64,000 nucleotides of DNA from a virus (IMGVR_UViG_3300027759_000002:115755-179754); one strand, 5' to 3'; counted from the stretch's first letter, positions 44,822 to 53,824 are shown. Numbers and translations are program-made. Notes: generated from the sequence alone by a model not told the origin.

Positions 44822-45246
44822 TGAAATCGCTATATGAAGTTTTTGATGAATTTGAACTGGCTAAGAATAAAAAAGAAAGAATGGATGTAATTTCTAAAAA
44901 TCTTTCACAGTCATTGGTTGATGTATTGAAATTGGCTTATCATCCAGACATTCAATGGAAAATTAAAGAACTGCCAGAAAATTATCGTATACCAACAGAT
45001 ATGTTACCTGGTATTACACATGATAATATTAATGGACAAATACGTAGAATGTATATGTTCAGAGTTGGTGATCCAACCGCAGAAAAGTTAAATGAACACC
45101 GTAGAAATGAATTACTAATTCAAATGTTAGAATCAATTGAACCACGGGAAGCAGAAGTTATATTGGGTATCTTCCAAAAAGATTTGGGAGTAAAAGGGTT
45201 AGACTATAAATTTGTAAAAGAGGCATTTCCAGACATGTTGCCATGA
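44821..45246 (+). CDS. Hypothetical T4-like protein
   Basis: RRNELLIQMLESI.P.EA motif; downstream of rnh. Confidence 0.7.
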   Translation: MKSLYEVFDEFELAKNKKERMDVISKNLSQSLVDVLKLAYHPDIQWKIKELPENYRIPTDMLPGITHDNINGQIRRMYMFRVGDPTAEKLNEHRRNELLIQMLESIEPREAEVILGIFQKDLGVKGLDYKFVKEAFPDMLP

Positions 45247-45632
45247 CGAAAAAAGAAAACATCATTGTCTTATCAGGTGAATTCGATTACATAACTTATA
45301 ATGATTTTAAATTATTAAAAACATGCAAATCTAAATGTGATTGGCTTGTTGTAGGAGTTCATTCTGACTCCTATATGGAGTTATGTCGAAATAGGACCAA
45401 AAGTACATTAGAACAAAGAAAAGAATTTGTAGAAAGTATTTCTTATGTTGATGAGGTGTTTGCTTTTAATGATTTTGATGGAACCTGCTGTAATTTACTA
45501 AAACTTATAAAACTATGTTATCCCGCATCCAATATAATCTATGTTTCAGAAACAAACGTAGAGGATATGCCAGAAGCTCGTATTCGTGGCATCACATTCA
45601 CAACATTTGAAATTATTAATCAAGGAGTTTAA
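45243..45632 (+). CDS. Degenerate cytidylyltransferase-like (RfaE-II/TagD fold) protein
   Basis: LSGEFD, LVVGVHSD, R.E.VESI..VDEV; lacks the HxGH histidines. Confidence 0.65.
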   Translation: MTKKENIIVLSGEFDYITYNDFKLLKTCKSKCDWLVVGVHSDSYMELCRNRTKSTLEQRKEFVESISYVDEVFAFNDFDGTCCNLLKLIKLCYPASNIIYVSETNVEDMPEARIRGITFTTFEIINQGV

Positions 45633-45637
45633 TTAAA

Positions 45638-45817
45638 GTGTCTAAATTTTCTGGAAAGTTTCGCAACCAGCGAGACTATGATGATGAGAAGTATTTCCAA
45701 GAGGAAAACAGAAACAAAAAACGTCAGAAGCAACAACGAAAACAAAAGTACTACGATGAGTATGAGTCTTTTGAATCCAATCAAAGATATAACAAATCCC
45801 AAAAAATTAATTACTGA
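45638..45817 (+). CDS. Hypothetical small charged protein
   Basis: GTG start after SD AAGGAG. Confidence 0.55.
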   Translation: MSKFSGKFRNQRDYDDEKYFQEENRNKKRQKQQRKQKYYDEYESFESNQRYNKSQKINY

Positions 45818-45870
45818 TGTTGTAAATTAACAACACTACTATTGACACTCTTTGATGGATGGTGTATAAT
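45818..45870 (+). promoter_or_regulatory. Sigma70 promoter with TGTTGT-N6-ACAACA palindrome
   Basis: Palindrome 45818-45835; TTGACA(45842)-17 nt-TATAAT(45865). Confidence 0.8.
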
Positions 45871-45894
45871 ACAACCATTGTTTAGGAGATTTTT

Positions 45895-46224
45895 ATGATG
45901 ATATATGTTCGAATCGCAAAGTCCAAGAAAAAACTAGGACCAAAAGCTGTGCGTGAACAATACGATGCGTGGTTGAAATCACACCAAACATCAAAACCTA
46001 TCAAATCCACAAGCAATCAACTAATATATAAGTTGTCGGCACCTGCCGGCCGTGAAACTGTGCATTATCCGTCATTAAATACAGGTAATGGTGTCGCTAC
46101 TAAAGCAGCACCGAAGGTTTACACTGGCACAAAAGTGATGGGAATTGCAACAATGCACAAATCAAACGCTGTTCCTGTGTTTAACAGTGAAGAAGCTGTA
46201 GAAATTTCAAAAATGAGGCGCTAA
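45895..46224 (+). CDS. Hypothetical T4-like protein
   Basis: YTGT...GIATMHKSNAVPV motif. Confidence 0.75.
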   Translation: MMIYVRIAKSKKKLGPKAVREQYDAWLKSHQTSKPIKSTSNQLIYKLSAPAGRETVHYPSLNTGNGVATKAAPKVYTGTKVMGIATMHKSNAVPVFNSEEAVEISKMRR

Positions 46225-46225
46225 A

Positions 46226-46378
46226 ATGAGTAAGAAAATGAGTTTTGTTGTAAAATTACAACGTCCTGTGTGTCGTACACCAATCAAGCCTGTACAAGCA
46301 CATAAGAATGTCGTAAAATACAGTCGTAAAGATGAGAAAAAGACAATTTTGTCGCAAATTGCTGTTGTAGGAGACTAA
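46226..46378 (+). CDS. Hypothetical small basic protein
   Basis: 50-aa ORF fills the operon gap. Confidence 0.5.
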   Translation: MSKKMSFVVKLQRPVCRTPIKPVQAHKNVVKYSRKDEKKTILSQIAVVGD

Positions 46379-46379
46379 A

Positions 46380-46526
46380 ATGTCGCAAAACACTGAGCTA
46401 AAACAAGAACCGCAAGAACCTATTGACTGGAAATTGCTAGATGAAGTTGTCCGTAAGTGGGCAGTACTATCAGGACATGAAGATGACCAAGATTGGTACA
46501 GAAAAATGAAGGAATATTATGAGTAA
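46380..46526 (+). CDS. Hypothetical small protein
   Basis: 48-aa ORF with SD AGGAG. Confidence 0.5.
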   Translation: MSQNTELKQEPQEPIDWKLLDEVVRKWAVLSGHEDDQDWYRKMKEYYE

Positions 46527-46695
46527 GAGCTATATCATTGATTTGCAAGAAGCGAATGACGGCACCGGCGATGCAATCTTACAATTTCCTGATGAATTGC
46601 TTGCTGAAACAGGCTGGAAAGAAGGCACTGTGTTAAATATGAGAGTCGAAGAAACTCCAAGAGGCAATGTTATTATTATGACTGAGAAAAAATAA
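46519..46695 (+). CDS. AbrB/MazE-like small protein
   Basis: DAILQFPDELLAETGWKEGTVL pattern. Confidence 0.55.
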   Translation: MSKSYIIDLQEANDGTGDAILQFPDELLAETGWKEGTVLNMRVEETPRGNVIIMTEKK

Positions 46696-48785
46696 TGGAA
46701 TTACTTGAATCAAAATCACTTTTAGCCAAATTGATGGCAACCGAGAACCTTGTTGTTGAACAACGTCCGGTACCAACAGCATCTTTTGACGTTAAGAATC
46801 GGATTTTGACACTTCCGGTACTGGACAAAAATATCTCTAGTGCTCTTTATGACCTTTTTACAGGACATGAAGTTGGCCATGCTCTCTATACGCCTATGGA
46901 TGGTATGTTGAAAGCTAGAGATGAAAAGGTTATCAGAGATGTGGCCAACGTGGTCGAAGATTCCCGCATTGAACGCAAAATCAAATACAAATATCCAGGC
47001 CTTAAAAATTCATTCGTCAAAGCTTATGGTGAGCTTATGGAAAAAGATTTCTTTGGTATCAAAGGAACAGATATCAACAAGATGAATTTTCTTGACCGTA
47101 TCAATCTGCACTGCAAAGGCGGCGCAGCATTACGTATTCAATTCAATGATGAAGAACGTGGTTTGCTTAATGAAGTTGAAACCACCGAAACCTATGATGA
47201 TGTTATTGATGTTTCGAAGAAAATTATCAAATACATGAAACGCAGATTAGAAGAAGAAGAACAAAAACGTGCTAAAGCTAAAGCTGAAAACAATGATGAT
47301 GGTGAAGATGAAGACGAATCGGAATATGAAGAAGTTGATTTTGATGACCAAGGCAATTCAAAAGAACAAACTTTTGAAGATGGTGAAGATGTAGGAGAAC
47401 AAGAGGTTGAATCTAACAAACAATCTGATAGTGATGAGTTTGATTCTGTAGAAGAAGATAAGAAAGTAAGTCTAGAAGACCAGATTCGTTCCTTTACTGA
47501 TGCGGCTTATAAAGAAAATGAAAAACAACTATTTGATAATAGACTGAGTAATATTATATACGCAAATATTCCACATCTTAATCCAAAAGATGTTGTTGAC
47601 CACAAATATATCTGGACAAGATATAAAGAAGAAAACTATATTTCTTCAACAGAAACATTCCTTAGAATTCGAAATGAAAGTAATAGAGTAGTTTCATACC
47701 TTGTTAAAGAATTTGAAATGCGTAAGAATGCTGACCAGCTGAAACGCACAACAACTGCCAAAACTGGTGAGTTGAATATGAATAAGATTTACTCTTATGG
47801 TTTCAGTGAAGATATCTTTAAGAAAATCTCGGTTGTTCCTGGTGGTAAATCACACGGACTTGTTATGTTCCTCGATTGGTCTGGTTCTATGATTGACCAC
47901 ATCGGTAACACAATGAAACAACTAATCAATTTGGTATTGTTCTGCAAGAAAATGAACATACCCTATGAAGTGTTTGCTTTTGTTGAAGAAACGGATCCGG
48001 AAAAATTAACTAAACAACTGCCAAAAGAAAATGACATATTTTTCAGACCTTATGGTTTGATGAACTTGTTGTCATCCAGAATGTCTAGTTCTGAATTCAC
48101 TTATGCCTGTTCATCATTGGTTTGTATGGCTGGTCTAAGTGGCACCCGTGGTTATTTCCCTTATTGGTTGTCCATGCAAGGAACGCCTTTGAACGCAGCA
48201 ATCGTTCATGCAATGACTATCGTTCCTGAATTTCAAAAGAAAAACAAATTACAGATTGTCAATACAATTTTTCTAACAGATGGTGAAAGTAATAATGCAA
48301 ATCGTTATTTGCAGAAAGACCCTTACTATGGACTAACTGATGTACATATGAAATATGAGAGATTAGTTATTCGTGATCCTGTTACCAAACATGAAGAAAA
48401 GATTGATGGTAAATATGGTAATGAAGCACAGACAAGAGCTTTCATTCGTTTGCTAAAAGCAAGAACTGGTTCGAATGTTATTGGTTTCTATGTTATCAGT
48501 GGTAGAGATTTTAACCGCAAAGTACATGAGTGGTATCCAAAACAAATGAACCACGAAGAAATGAAGGACAACTTTAGAAAATCTAAGTTTGCCATTCTGG
48601 AGAATACTGGATATGATGAGTACTATATATTGCGGTCAAACGGCCTAGATACCGATGAGGATTCTACTTTCGAAGTTAAAGAAAACTCAACCTTCAGAGG
48701 TATTGCCTCTGCATTTACAAAGTACAATAATGGCAAACATAACAGTCGTGTTGTACTAAATCGTTTTATTGGACTAATTGCATAA
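46695..48785 (+). CDS. Metallopeptidase plus vWA (CobT-like) protein
   Basis: HEVGH, NVVED.RIE; acidic linker; DWSGS (MIDAS), GTPL, LTDGE. Confidence 0.85.
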   Translation: MELLESKSLLAKLMATENLVVEQRPVPTASFDVKNRILTLPVLDKNISSALYDLFTGHEVGHALYTPMDGMLKARDEKVIRDVANVVEDSRIERKIKYKYPGLKNSFVKAYGELMEKDFFGIKGTDINKMNFLDRINLHCKGGAALRIQFNDEERGLLNEVETTETYDDVIDVSKKIIKYMKRRLEEEEQKRAKAKAENNDDGEDEDESEYEEVDFDDQGNSKEQTFEDGEDVGEQEVESNKQSDSDEFDSVEEDKKVSLEDQIRSFTDAAYKENEKQLFDNRLSNIIYANIPHLNPKDVVDHKYIWTRYKEENYISSTETFLRIRNESNRVVSYLVKEFEMRKNADQLKRTTTAKTGELNMNKIYSYGFSEDIFKKISVVPGGKSHGLVMFLDWSGSMIDHIGNTMKQLINLVLFCKKMNIPYEVFAFVEETDPEKLTKQLPKENDIFFRPYGLMNLLSSRMSSSEFTYACSSLVCMAGLSGTRGYFPYWLSMQGTPLNAAIVHAMTIVPEFQKKNKLQIVNTIFLTDGESNNANRYLQKDPYYGLTDVHMKYERLVIRDPVTKHEEKIDGKYGNEAQTRAFIRLLKARTGSNVIGFYVISGRDFNRKVHEWYPKQMNHEEMKDNFRKSKFAILENTGYDEYYILRSNGLDTDEDSTFEVKENSTFRGIASAFTKYNNGKHNSRVVLNRFIGLIA

Positions 48786-48794
48786 GGAGTTATT

Positions 48795-49025
48795 ATGGAG
48801 ATTTATTCAGAATATCATGGCGCAGGTAGAAAGGCTACCGTGACCAGACTTAATAGAGGCCTCGACCGTCAATTTGATGTATGGGAAGTTGCCTTGTATG
48901 TTGAGAACCGAGTAATACAAAGAACTACAATTCGCACTGAAAGTGAAGCAGAAGATTTTGCCGAAAATTGGTGTCAAGGTAGTGATGGTAACCAAGTTTT
49001 GTTGAATGAGGTTATTAATGGATAA
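48795..49025 (+). CDS. Hypothetical protein
   Basis: SD AAGGAG; 76 aa. Confidence 0.65.
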   Translation: MEIYSEYHGAGRKATVTRLNRGLDRQFDVWEVALYVENRVIQRTTIRTESEAEDFAENWCQGSDGNQVLLNEVING

Positions 49026-49296
49026 AAAGACCAAAGAGATTTTCTGTATCACACAGGAAGAATGTGCTGAGGTGACGCAGGCAATCTCAAAGATTTTCCG
49101 TTTCGGTTTTGACTCTGTACATCCTGTTACAAACAAAAGTAACATGCAAAGTTTGGAAGAAGAAGTTGGTGACCTTCTGGCTATGATTGATATTATGGTA
49201 GAGAAATGTATAATTTCTGACAGTAATATTAACGCAGCCAGACAGGCCAAAAAAGAGAAACTGAAAATCTGGTCTAATATTTACAAAGAGGTATAA
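49018..49296 (+). CDS. MazG-like protein
   Basis: TQEECAEV.QAISK..RFG, LEEEVGDLLAM. Confidence 0.75.
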   Translation: MDKKTKEIFCITQEECAEVTQAISKIFRFGFDSVHPVTNKSNMQSLEEEVGDLLAMIDIMVEKCIISDSNINAARQAKKEKLKIWSNIYKEV

Positions 49297-49770
49297 ATGG
49301 AATACGATTACAATAAATTCGAAGAATATTTAATTAAACTATTAGAAAATAGGACTGAGGTTCTAGAACCAGAAATTGGTGATAACATTTCTCCTATTTC
49401 TGAAATCAAAGTTGCATTTGATGGTTATGGTGATTTGGAAACCGAAGATGCCAATGGTGAGTATCAATATATTGAACATGGCAATACAAACCTAGAATCA
49501 TATGCAATCTATATTCATAAAAATTCTGCAAAACGTGGTTTTGTTTTTCCTGAACATGATACATATTCTTTCACCTTTGGTAATATGGTGCAACACCGTC
49601 CAGATGAAGAAGTTTGTTTGTTCGCTTGGCATGAATTCATTGATGATGATACTGGTTGGACTTGGCATGTCATTCCTTTAGAAGATAGACTGGCAGAGGA
49701 CAATTCACTGACAGCAGAACAAGTTATGGAAATCTTAGAAGTAGTTGTTAACAGATACTTTTCAGAATGA
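49297..49770 (+). CDS. Hypothetical acidic protein
   Basis: ORF adjoining the previous stop. Confidence 0.7.
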   Translation: MEYDYNKFEEYLIKLLENRTEVLEPEIGDNISPISEIKVAFDGYGDLETEDANGEYQYIEHGNTNLESYAIYIHKNSAKRGFVFPEHDTYSFTFGNMVQHRPDEEVCLFAWHEFIDDDTGWTWHVIPLEDRLAEDNSLTAEQVMEILEVVVNRYFSE

Positions 49771-49916
49771 CGGATGAACAGGCCTTGGCCATTTATGAGA
49801 AACTGAAACAGAAACACGGTGATAACTTACCGGATCCTGACCATGAGCCTATACAATTTGCACATTGCATAAAGATGATGAAACATTATGAACCAGAAAT
49901 ATTCAGAACAGTATGA
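49767..49916 (+). CDS. Hypothetical small protein
   Basis: ATGA overlap; LPDP.HEP..F motif. Confidence 0.5.
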   Translation: MTDEQALAIYEKLKQKHGDNLPDPDHEPIQFAHCIKMMKHYEPEIFRTV

Positions 49917-50111
49917 TGCATATTTTCTCAGATAGCACCTATGTTTTCAAGCGCCTCCGGACTTTCCAACGTCCGCCTTCCGAAAGAATTCTTGGAGGTT
50001 CTCAATGACTGACTTACTGGTAATTCTGATTTTATTCTTCCTTTTCTGGGGAGAACCAGACGTATGGGATAAACTTCACGAACGAGCCATGCAACACATA
50101 GAGGAACCACA

Positions 50112-50405
50112 ATGCGTAAAACAATCATCACCTTAGCACTCCTGTTCAGCACTACAACATTCGCACAAGAAGTTATCACTCTGTCGAAATCGATAAAATG
50201 TTCAAATGCTGAGTCCGTAATGCGATACTTTGCAGAAGAATACAAAGAGATGCCAGTTTGGGTCGGCAAAACAACTAATGGTACGCATGTAACACTATTG
50301 GTTAACAAAGAGAAACGAAGCTGGACACTCATCGAATATGACAGTAAACTGGCTTGCATATTGGGTGCAGGCGATTCCACTAGCAATACGGAGATATCAC
50401 TATGA
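50112..50405 (+). CDS. Hypothetical secreted protein
   Basis: Signal peptide ending TFA; two Cys. Confidence 0.7.
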   Translation: MRKTIITLALLFSTTTFAQEVITLSKSIKCSNAESVMRYFAEEYKEMPVWVGKTTNGTHVTLLVNKEKRSWTLIEYDSKLACILGAGDSTSNTEISL

Positions 50406-50602
50406 GTAAACTATCATTACACCAAGAAGACCTAATAGCTATCAAAACATTCTGTGACAAGTATCCGGAATCTGACTACGTAACCGTAACCGTTGATTCG
50501 TCATCTGGTATCGGTTCGATTGTCAAAGTGTCGTTGCCCACGGTCATCAACGGCGATATGGTAATAATAGAAAAAACAATCGTAGATGAAAGTAGTTGGT
50601 AA
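50402..50602 (+). CDS. Hypothetical protein
   Basis: DSSSGIGS motif; coupled start. Confidence 0.6.
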   Translation: MSKLSLHQEDLIAIKTFCDKYPESDYVTVTVDSSSGIGSIVKVSLPTVINGDMVIIEKTIVDESSW

Positions 50603-50859
50603 TGAACGAACGAATTAAACAACTTATGTTAGAGGCAGGATATGCAGCACCAGAGATTGCTCTACGTGCTCAGAAGTTTGCTGAGTTGATTGTGCGAGAA
50701 TGTGCAACATTGGTTGATGCCGCATTTGACATAGACGAACATAGCGGCGAAGTTGTTTCTTATGCAGATGGCGGTCAGTTGAAAGAACATTTCGGTGTTG
50801 AACCTGATGTAAATGAAAATCTACGGAATCGTAGCACTTATTTTGGAAATGATATATGA
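50602..50859 (+). CDS. Small paralog-family protein, copy 1
   Basis: MNERIKQL..KFAELIVRECA..KEHFGVE; similar to 56012 and 60242. Confidence 0.7.
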   Translation: MNERIKQLMLEAGYAAPEIALRAQKFAELIVRECATLVDAAFDIDEHSGEVVSYADGGQLKEHFGVEPDVNENLRNRSTYFGNDI

Positions 50860-51028
50860 AACTAAGTGGTATCAATGCCGCCATGGCACACAAAATTGAA
50901 CTACAGAAACTTGTACACCAAGAAACAATCAAACAACAACAGATTAAAGTAATCAAAGACCGTCAAAAAGAGATAGAACGTATGAGGCCTCAAGACCTTA
51001 ACAAAGGCCAAAACATTGATGAAATGGT

Positions 51029-51220
51029 ATGAATATGAGAGACAGTGACGTACAGAGAACGATAGAGAACCTTGAGAATGCTTTACGTGTGCATCCAGAT
51101 AAAGGCTATGAGATTGGTACTATAGAAGAATCACAGAAATTTGCAGAGGAACGAAAGCTGGACCTGGAAAAATTCCCGGTATCAAGAAGTACCTCCGAGA
51201 AAAATTTTTCGAACCCTTAA
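51029..51220 (+). CDS. Hypothetical protein
   Basis: 63-aa ORF. Confidence 0.45.
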   Translation: MNMRDSDVQRTIENLENALRVHPDKGYEIGTIEESQKFAEERKLDLEKFPVSRSTSEKNFSNP

Positions 51221-51334
51221 CAGGGGCCCCAGAAAATAAAAAATGAGAAAAAAGAGTTTGACCAGGTGGCACTTTTTTAGCTAATCACTTACCTACCGCA
51301 CCCCCATCCCTCACCGCTACTGCTCATCCAGCAG

Positions 51335-51373
51335 AGCCAAAAAAAGAGGCAGCACCATTACAGCACTGCCTCT
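51335..51373 (-). terminator. Intrinsic terminator for the leftward gene
   Basis: On the - strand GAGGCAG-loop-CTGCCTC-T7. Confidence 0.8.
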
Positions 51374-51418
51374 AAACCCCACCATCCAGCCTAGCCTCAA
51401 GTGGGGAGAGCGAAAACC

Positions 51419-52066
51419 TTAAGCAGCCACTGCCAAGCGAATAACCTTTGCCATTTTGCGACCGTGAGCAATATATCCCACAACCGCTACATCCTTAGAA
51501 TAACAAGCACGGCAACCAGAGCACTTGCCATTTGTAGTTGGTGCCGTGCAAACCTTAACACCAGCAGGCACTGGCATACCTTCTGGCAGAATTGTAGAAC
51601 CATGCACACCAGCAGTAAAAGTGCCATTTACAGCATCACTACTAGGGCGCACCATCACGTTAGGCAGAGCAGCCATTTTGGTGAGCACCTGCTGGTACTT
51701 AGCGAATTTGTGCATACGTGTTGGCAACCAGTGCTTCACGTGGGGGGTACGTACCATCACAGCATACATTTTGAGCGCTAACTGTAGGGAGTACATATCG
51801 CCAGAATCAAACCAGCGGAAGTAGCTTTGCTTTTTGAGAGCAGCAACCATAGTGTCCACCCAAGCGTCATCCTGCCATGCTTGCTTATTATCGAAGCGCA
51901 CTTTTTTGGTACCAGGGAAATTGTACGTTCCCTGCGTGGCGTAGCAACCAGCACAAGCGGGAACGAGCTCACCATCCGCACCAATAGAACCTTGACAAGT
52001 CTCCAGAGCCTGGAGAGACCAGCTCATGATATTGTCGAGCTTGGAGGTTTTTGAGAGTTTATTCAT
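51419..52066 (-). CDS. GP88-family protein (radical SAM-like Cys motif)
   Basis: TC..S, C.GCYA, YFRWFDSGD, KHWLPTR, C..CRACY. Confidence 0.75.
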   Translation of the reverse strand: MNKLSKTSKLDNIMSWSLQALETCQGSIGADGELVPACAGCYATQGTYNFPGTKKVRFDNKQAWQDDAWVDTMVAALKKQSYFRWFDSGDMYSLQLALKMYAVMVRTPHVKHWLPTRMHKFAKYQQVLTKMAALPNVMVRPSSDAVNGTFTAGVHGSTILPEGMPVPAGVKVCTAPTTNGKCSGCRACYSKDVAVVGYIAHGRKMAKVIRLAVAA

Positions 52067-52076
52067 TTCGCTTTGC

Positions 52077-52134
52077 TTTCTTGATTTGATGGAGTAATTA
52101 TACCACAACCAGTGAAAATGGCAACCTGAGTACT
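52077..52134 (-). promoter_or_regulatory. Leftward early promoter cassette 1
   Basis: AGTACT-cagg-TTGCCA..TATAAT..CCATCAAATCAAGAAAG. Confidence 0.8.
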
Positions 52135-52141
52135 TTTTAAC

Positions 52142-52273
52142 TCAAGCCACCAACTGGAGTATTAACTCGGCACCTCTAGTGCAAGCACCAGCACAAGCGC
52201 TTGCCACCGAGAGCACAGCTGTGTTATAATACGCACCGACTAAAGAACCAGTCACAAAAACGAATACATTCAT
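52142..52273 (-). CDS. 43-aa hydrophobic peptide
   Basis: SD GGAG; MNVFVFVTGSLVGAYYNTAVLSVASACAGACTRGAELILQLVA. Confidence 0.5.
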   Translation of the reverse strand: MNVFVFVTGSLVGAYYNTAVLSVASACAGACTRGAELILQLVA

Positions 52274-52423
52274 ACTAACTCCAATTATGTTAACTTTTGT
52301 TTTCAATTTGCCAGTAATTTTCCAACTGGCGGCCTCTGGGATCCGATCCCTTTGCCTTACATCCGAGCGCCGGTGTTGGCACCGGCTTTTGGTGTTGCTG
52401 TGTTCCTCACAGCACCCGAATGG

Positions 52424-52753
52424 TTACGCAATTGCTTTGCGTGCCATGATGGCAGCAGCAATTGCATTGTCCTCAGCGCCGAAAACCACGCCTTTGCTTG
52501 GGCGCTTGTTGGCTTTTATTGCCTTAGCGCCTACAGCACCAACTTGCTTTGCAAGCAGTTTAGCAAGGCGTGCTTCTGCTTTCACAATAGCGATAGCACG
52601 CTTCTGCTCAGCATCGGCAATTTTAGAAGCATTAGCTGCTTCCTTTTCAGCCTTGACCTTGACGGCAAGAAAAGCAACCTCTGATTTGAAAAACTTCAAA
52701 GAAGCACGAGCAGAGGCCAATTCAGTGGCGAGGGGGGAGAGAGCTTTTGACAT
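52424..52753 (-). CDS. Ala/Lys-rich basic protein (histone H1-like composition)
   Basis: 109 aa dominated by A and K; own promoter and SD. Confidence 0.75.
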   Translation of the reverse strand: MSKALSPLATELASARASLKFFKSEVAFLAVKVKAEKEAANASKIADAEQKRAIAIVKAEARLAKLLAKQVGAVGAKAIKANKRPSKGVVFGAEDNAIAAAIMARKAIA

Positions 52754-52762
52754 TTTGTTTCC

Positions 52763-52820
52763 TTTTTGATTTGATGGATGAATTATAACCGATTTTAGCC
52801 GTTTAGGCAACCTGAGTACT
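52763..52820 (-). promoter_or_regulatory. Leftward early promoter cassette 2
   Basis: AGTACT-cagg-TTGCCT..TATAAT..CCATCAAATCAAAAAG. Confidence 0.8.
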
Positions 52821-53045
52821 TTTTTCTTCAAGCATTTCACTCAAGATATATTTTGCAATATTCATGAGCTTGCGGGACTGGTCAAGCGCTTGAGCATGGT
52901 TAAAGGACTGGAGCTCTTGAGCGTCCGACAATATGCTCATGCACACCATTTCCAGACCAGAGAACCTGGCGGTGATGCTTTGCATATACTGCTCACGGAT
53001 ATCTGCTGTGGTCATACCGTAGCACTGCTTTTCGAATTCTGTCAT
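52803..53045 (-). CDS. Hypothetical early protein
   Basis: MTEFEKQCYGM...ILSDAQE; its 3' end encodes the next promoter. Confidence 0.7.
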   Translation of the reverse strand: MTEFEKQCYGMTTADIREQYMQSITARFSGLEMVCMSILSDAQELQSFNHAQALDQSRKLMNIAKYILSEMLEEKSTQVA

Positions 53046-53055
53046 ATTTTCTCGC

Positions 53056-53121
53056 TTTCTTGATTTGATGGACAAAGTATAACCGATCCTGCTGATTTTG
53101 GCAATGGTACACTATAGTACT
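53056..53121 (-). promoter_or_regulatory. Leftward early promoter cassette 3
   Basis: AGTACT..TTGCCA..TATACT..CCATCAAATCAAGAAAG. Confidence 0.75.
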
Positions 53122-53258
53122 CCATCGGGAAAACTGAGAACCTTTGCGCTATATTGCCAACCTGTCTGGTTCCTGTATAATAGCACCTATTCGAAAGCAG
53201 ACTGGGGTGGACGCTGGGGCTGGGCGTTGAAAACGGAAGTACTCTAGCTCGGCAATGG

Positions 53259-53303
53259 AGTACTTTTTCAGTATATTGCCAAACTCTCGGTTTTATTGTA
53301 TAA
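53259..53303 (+). promoter_or_regulatory. Rightward early promoter
   Basis: AGTACT-11 nt-TTGCCA..TATAAT. Confidence 0.75.
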
Positions 53304-53331
53304 TACCCACATATTAACACAGGAGTATTAC

Positions 53332-53523
53332 ATGGGCAAAATGTCAGAAATTAGTATTCAATTACAAGAGTTGGAAGAAATGCTGTATACTTTTGGTTTA
53401 GGCCATGAAGAATTCATACAGGAATGTAAACTTTTGTGTGAGTTGGGGTTTGCTGATGAAGTAAATTGTATTATCCATGAGTTTGAAACAAAAGTATTCA
53501 ACGGCGACCTAGAGCGCTTCTGA
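53332..53523 (+). CDS. Hypothetical acidic protein
   Basis: SD AGGAG. Confidence 0.65.
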   Translation: MGKMSEISIQLQELEEMLYTFGLGHEEFIQECKLLCELGFADEVNCIIHEFETKVFNGDLERF

Positions 53524-53761
53524 GAGTAACACTTTGGTTTGCGGTAGAAAAACCATTGTAATGCTTTGAGGTGCCATCGCAGGCACAGACTAAGACTTTC
53601 TTGTTACTTCATAATGCGAAATATGGTGCGCTGGTAACACTAAAGCACACAAAATTGCACTTTTTAACACTTTTGCAGTATATTATGCGGAACATGATAA
53701 CTTTCTCAGTACACCTGGATGCAGGTTACAACGGAAGTACTCATTAACTAGTCAGGTAAAG

Positions 53762-53824
53762 TTATCCACAGCATATCCACAGCATCTGCGACTTATACAC
53801 ATTTTATACACAGACTTATCCACA
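53762..53824 (+). repeat. Array of five co-oriented DnaA boxes
   Basis: TTATCCACA 53762, ATATCCACA 53773, TTATACACA 53793, TTATACACA 53804, TTATCCACA 53816. Confidence 0.85.

Noticed and set aside
49928-50386. 152-aa minus-strand ORF
   Set aside because: Antisense to a + strand gene with SD and signal peptide; no supporting promoter or motif.
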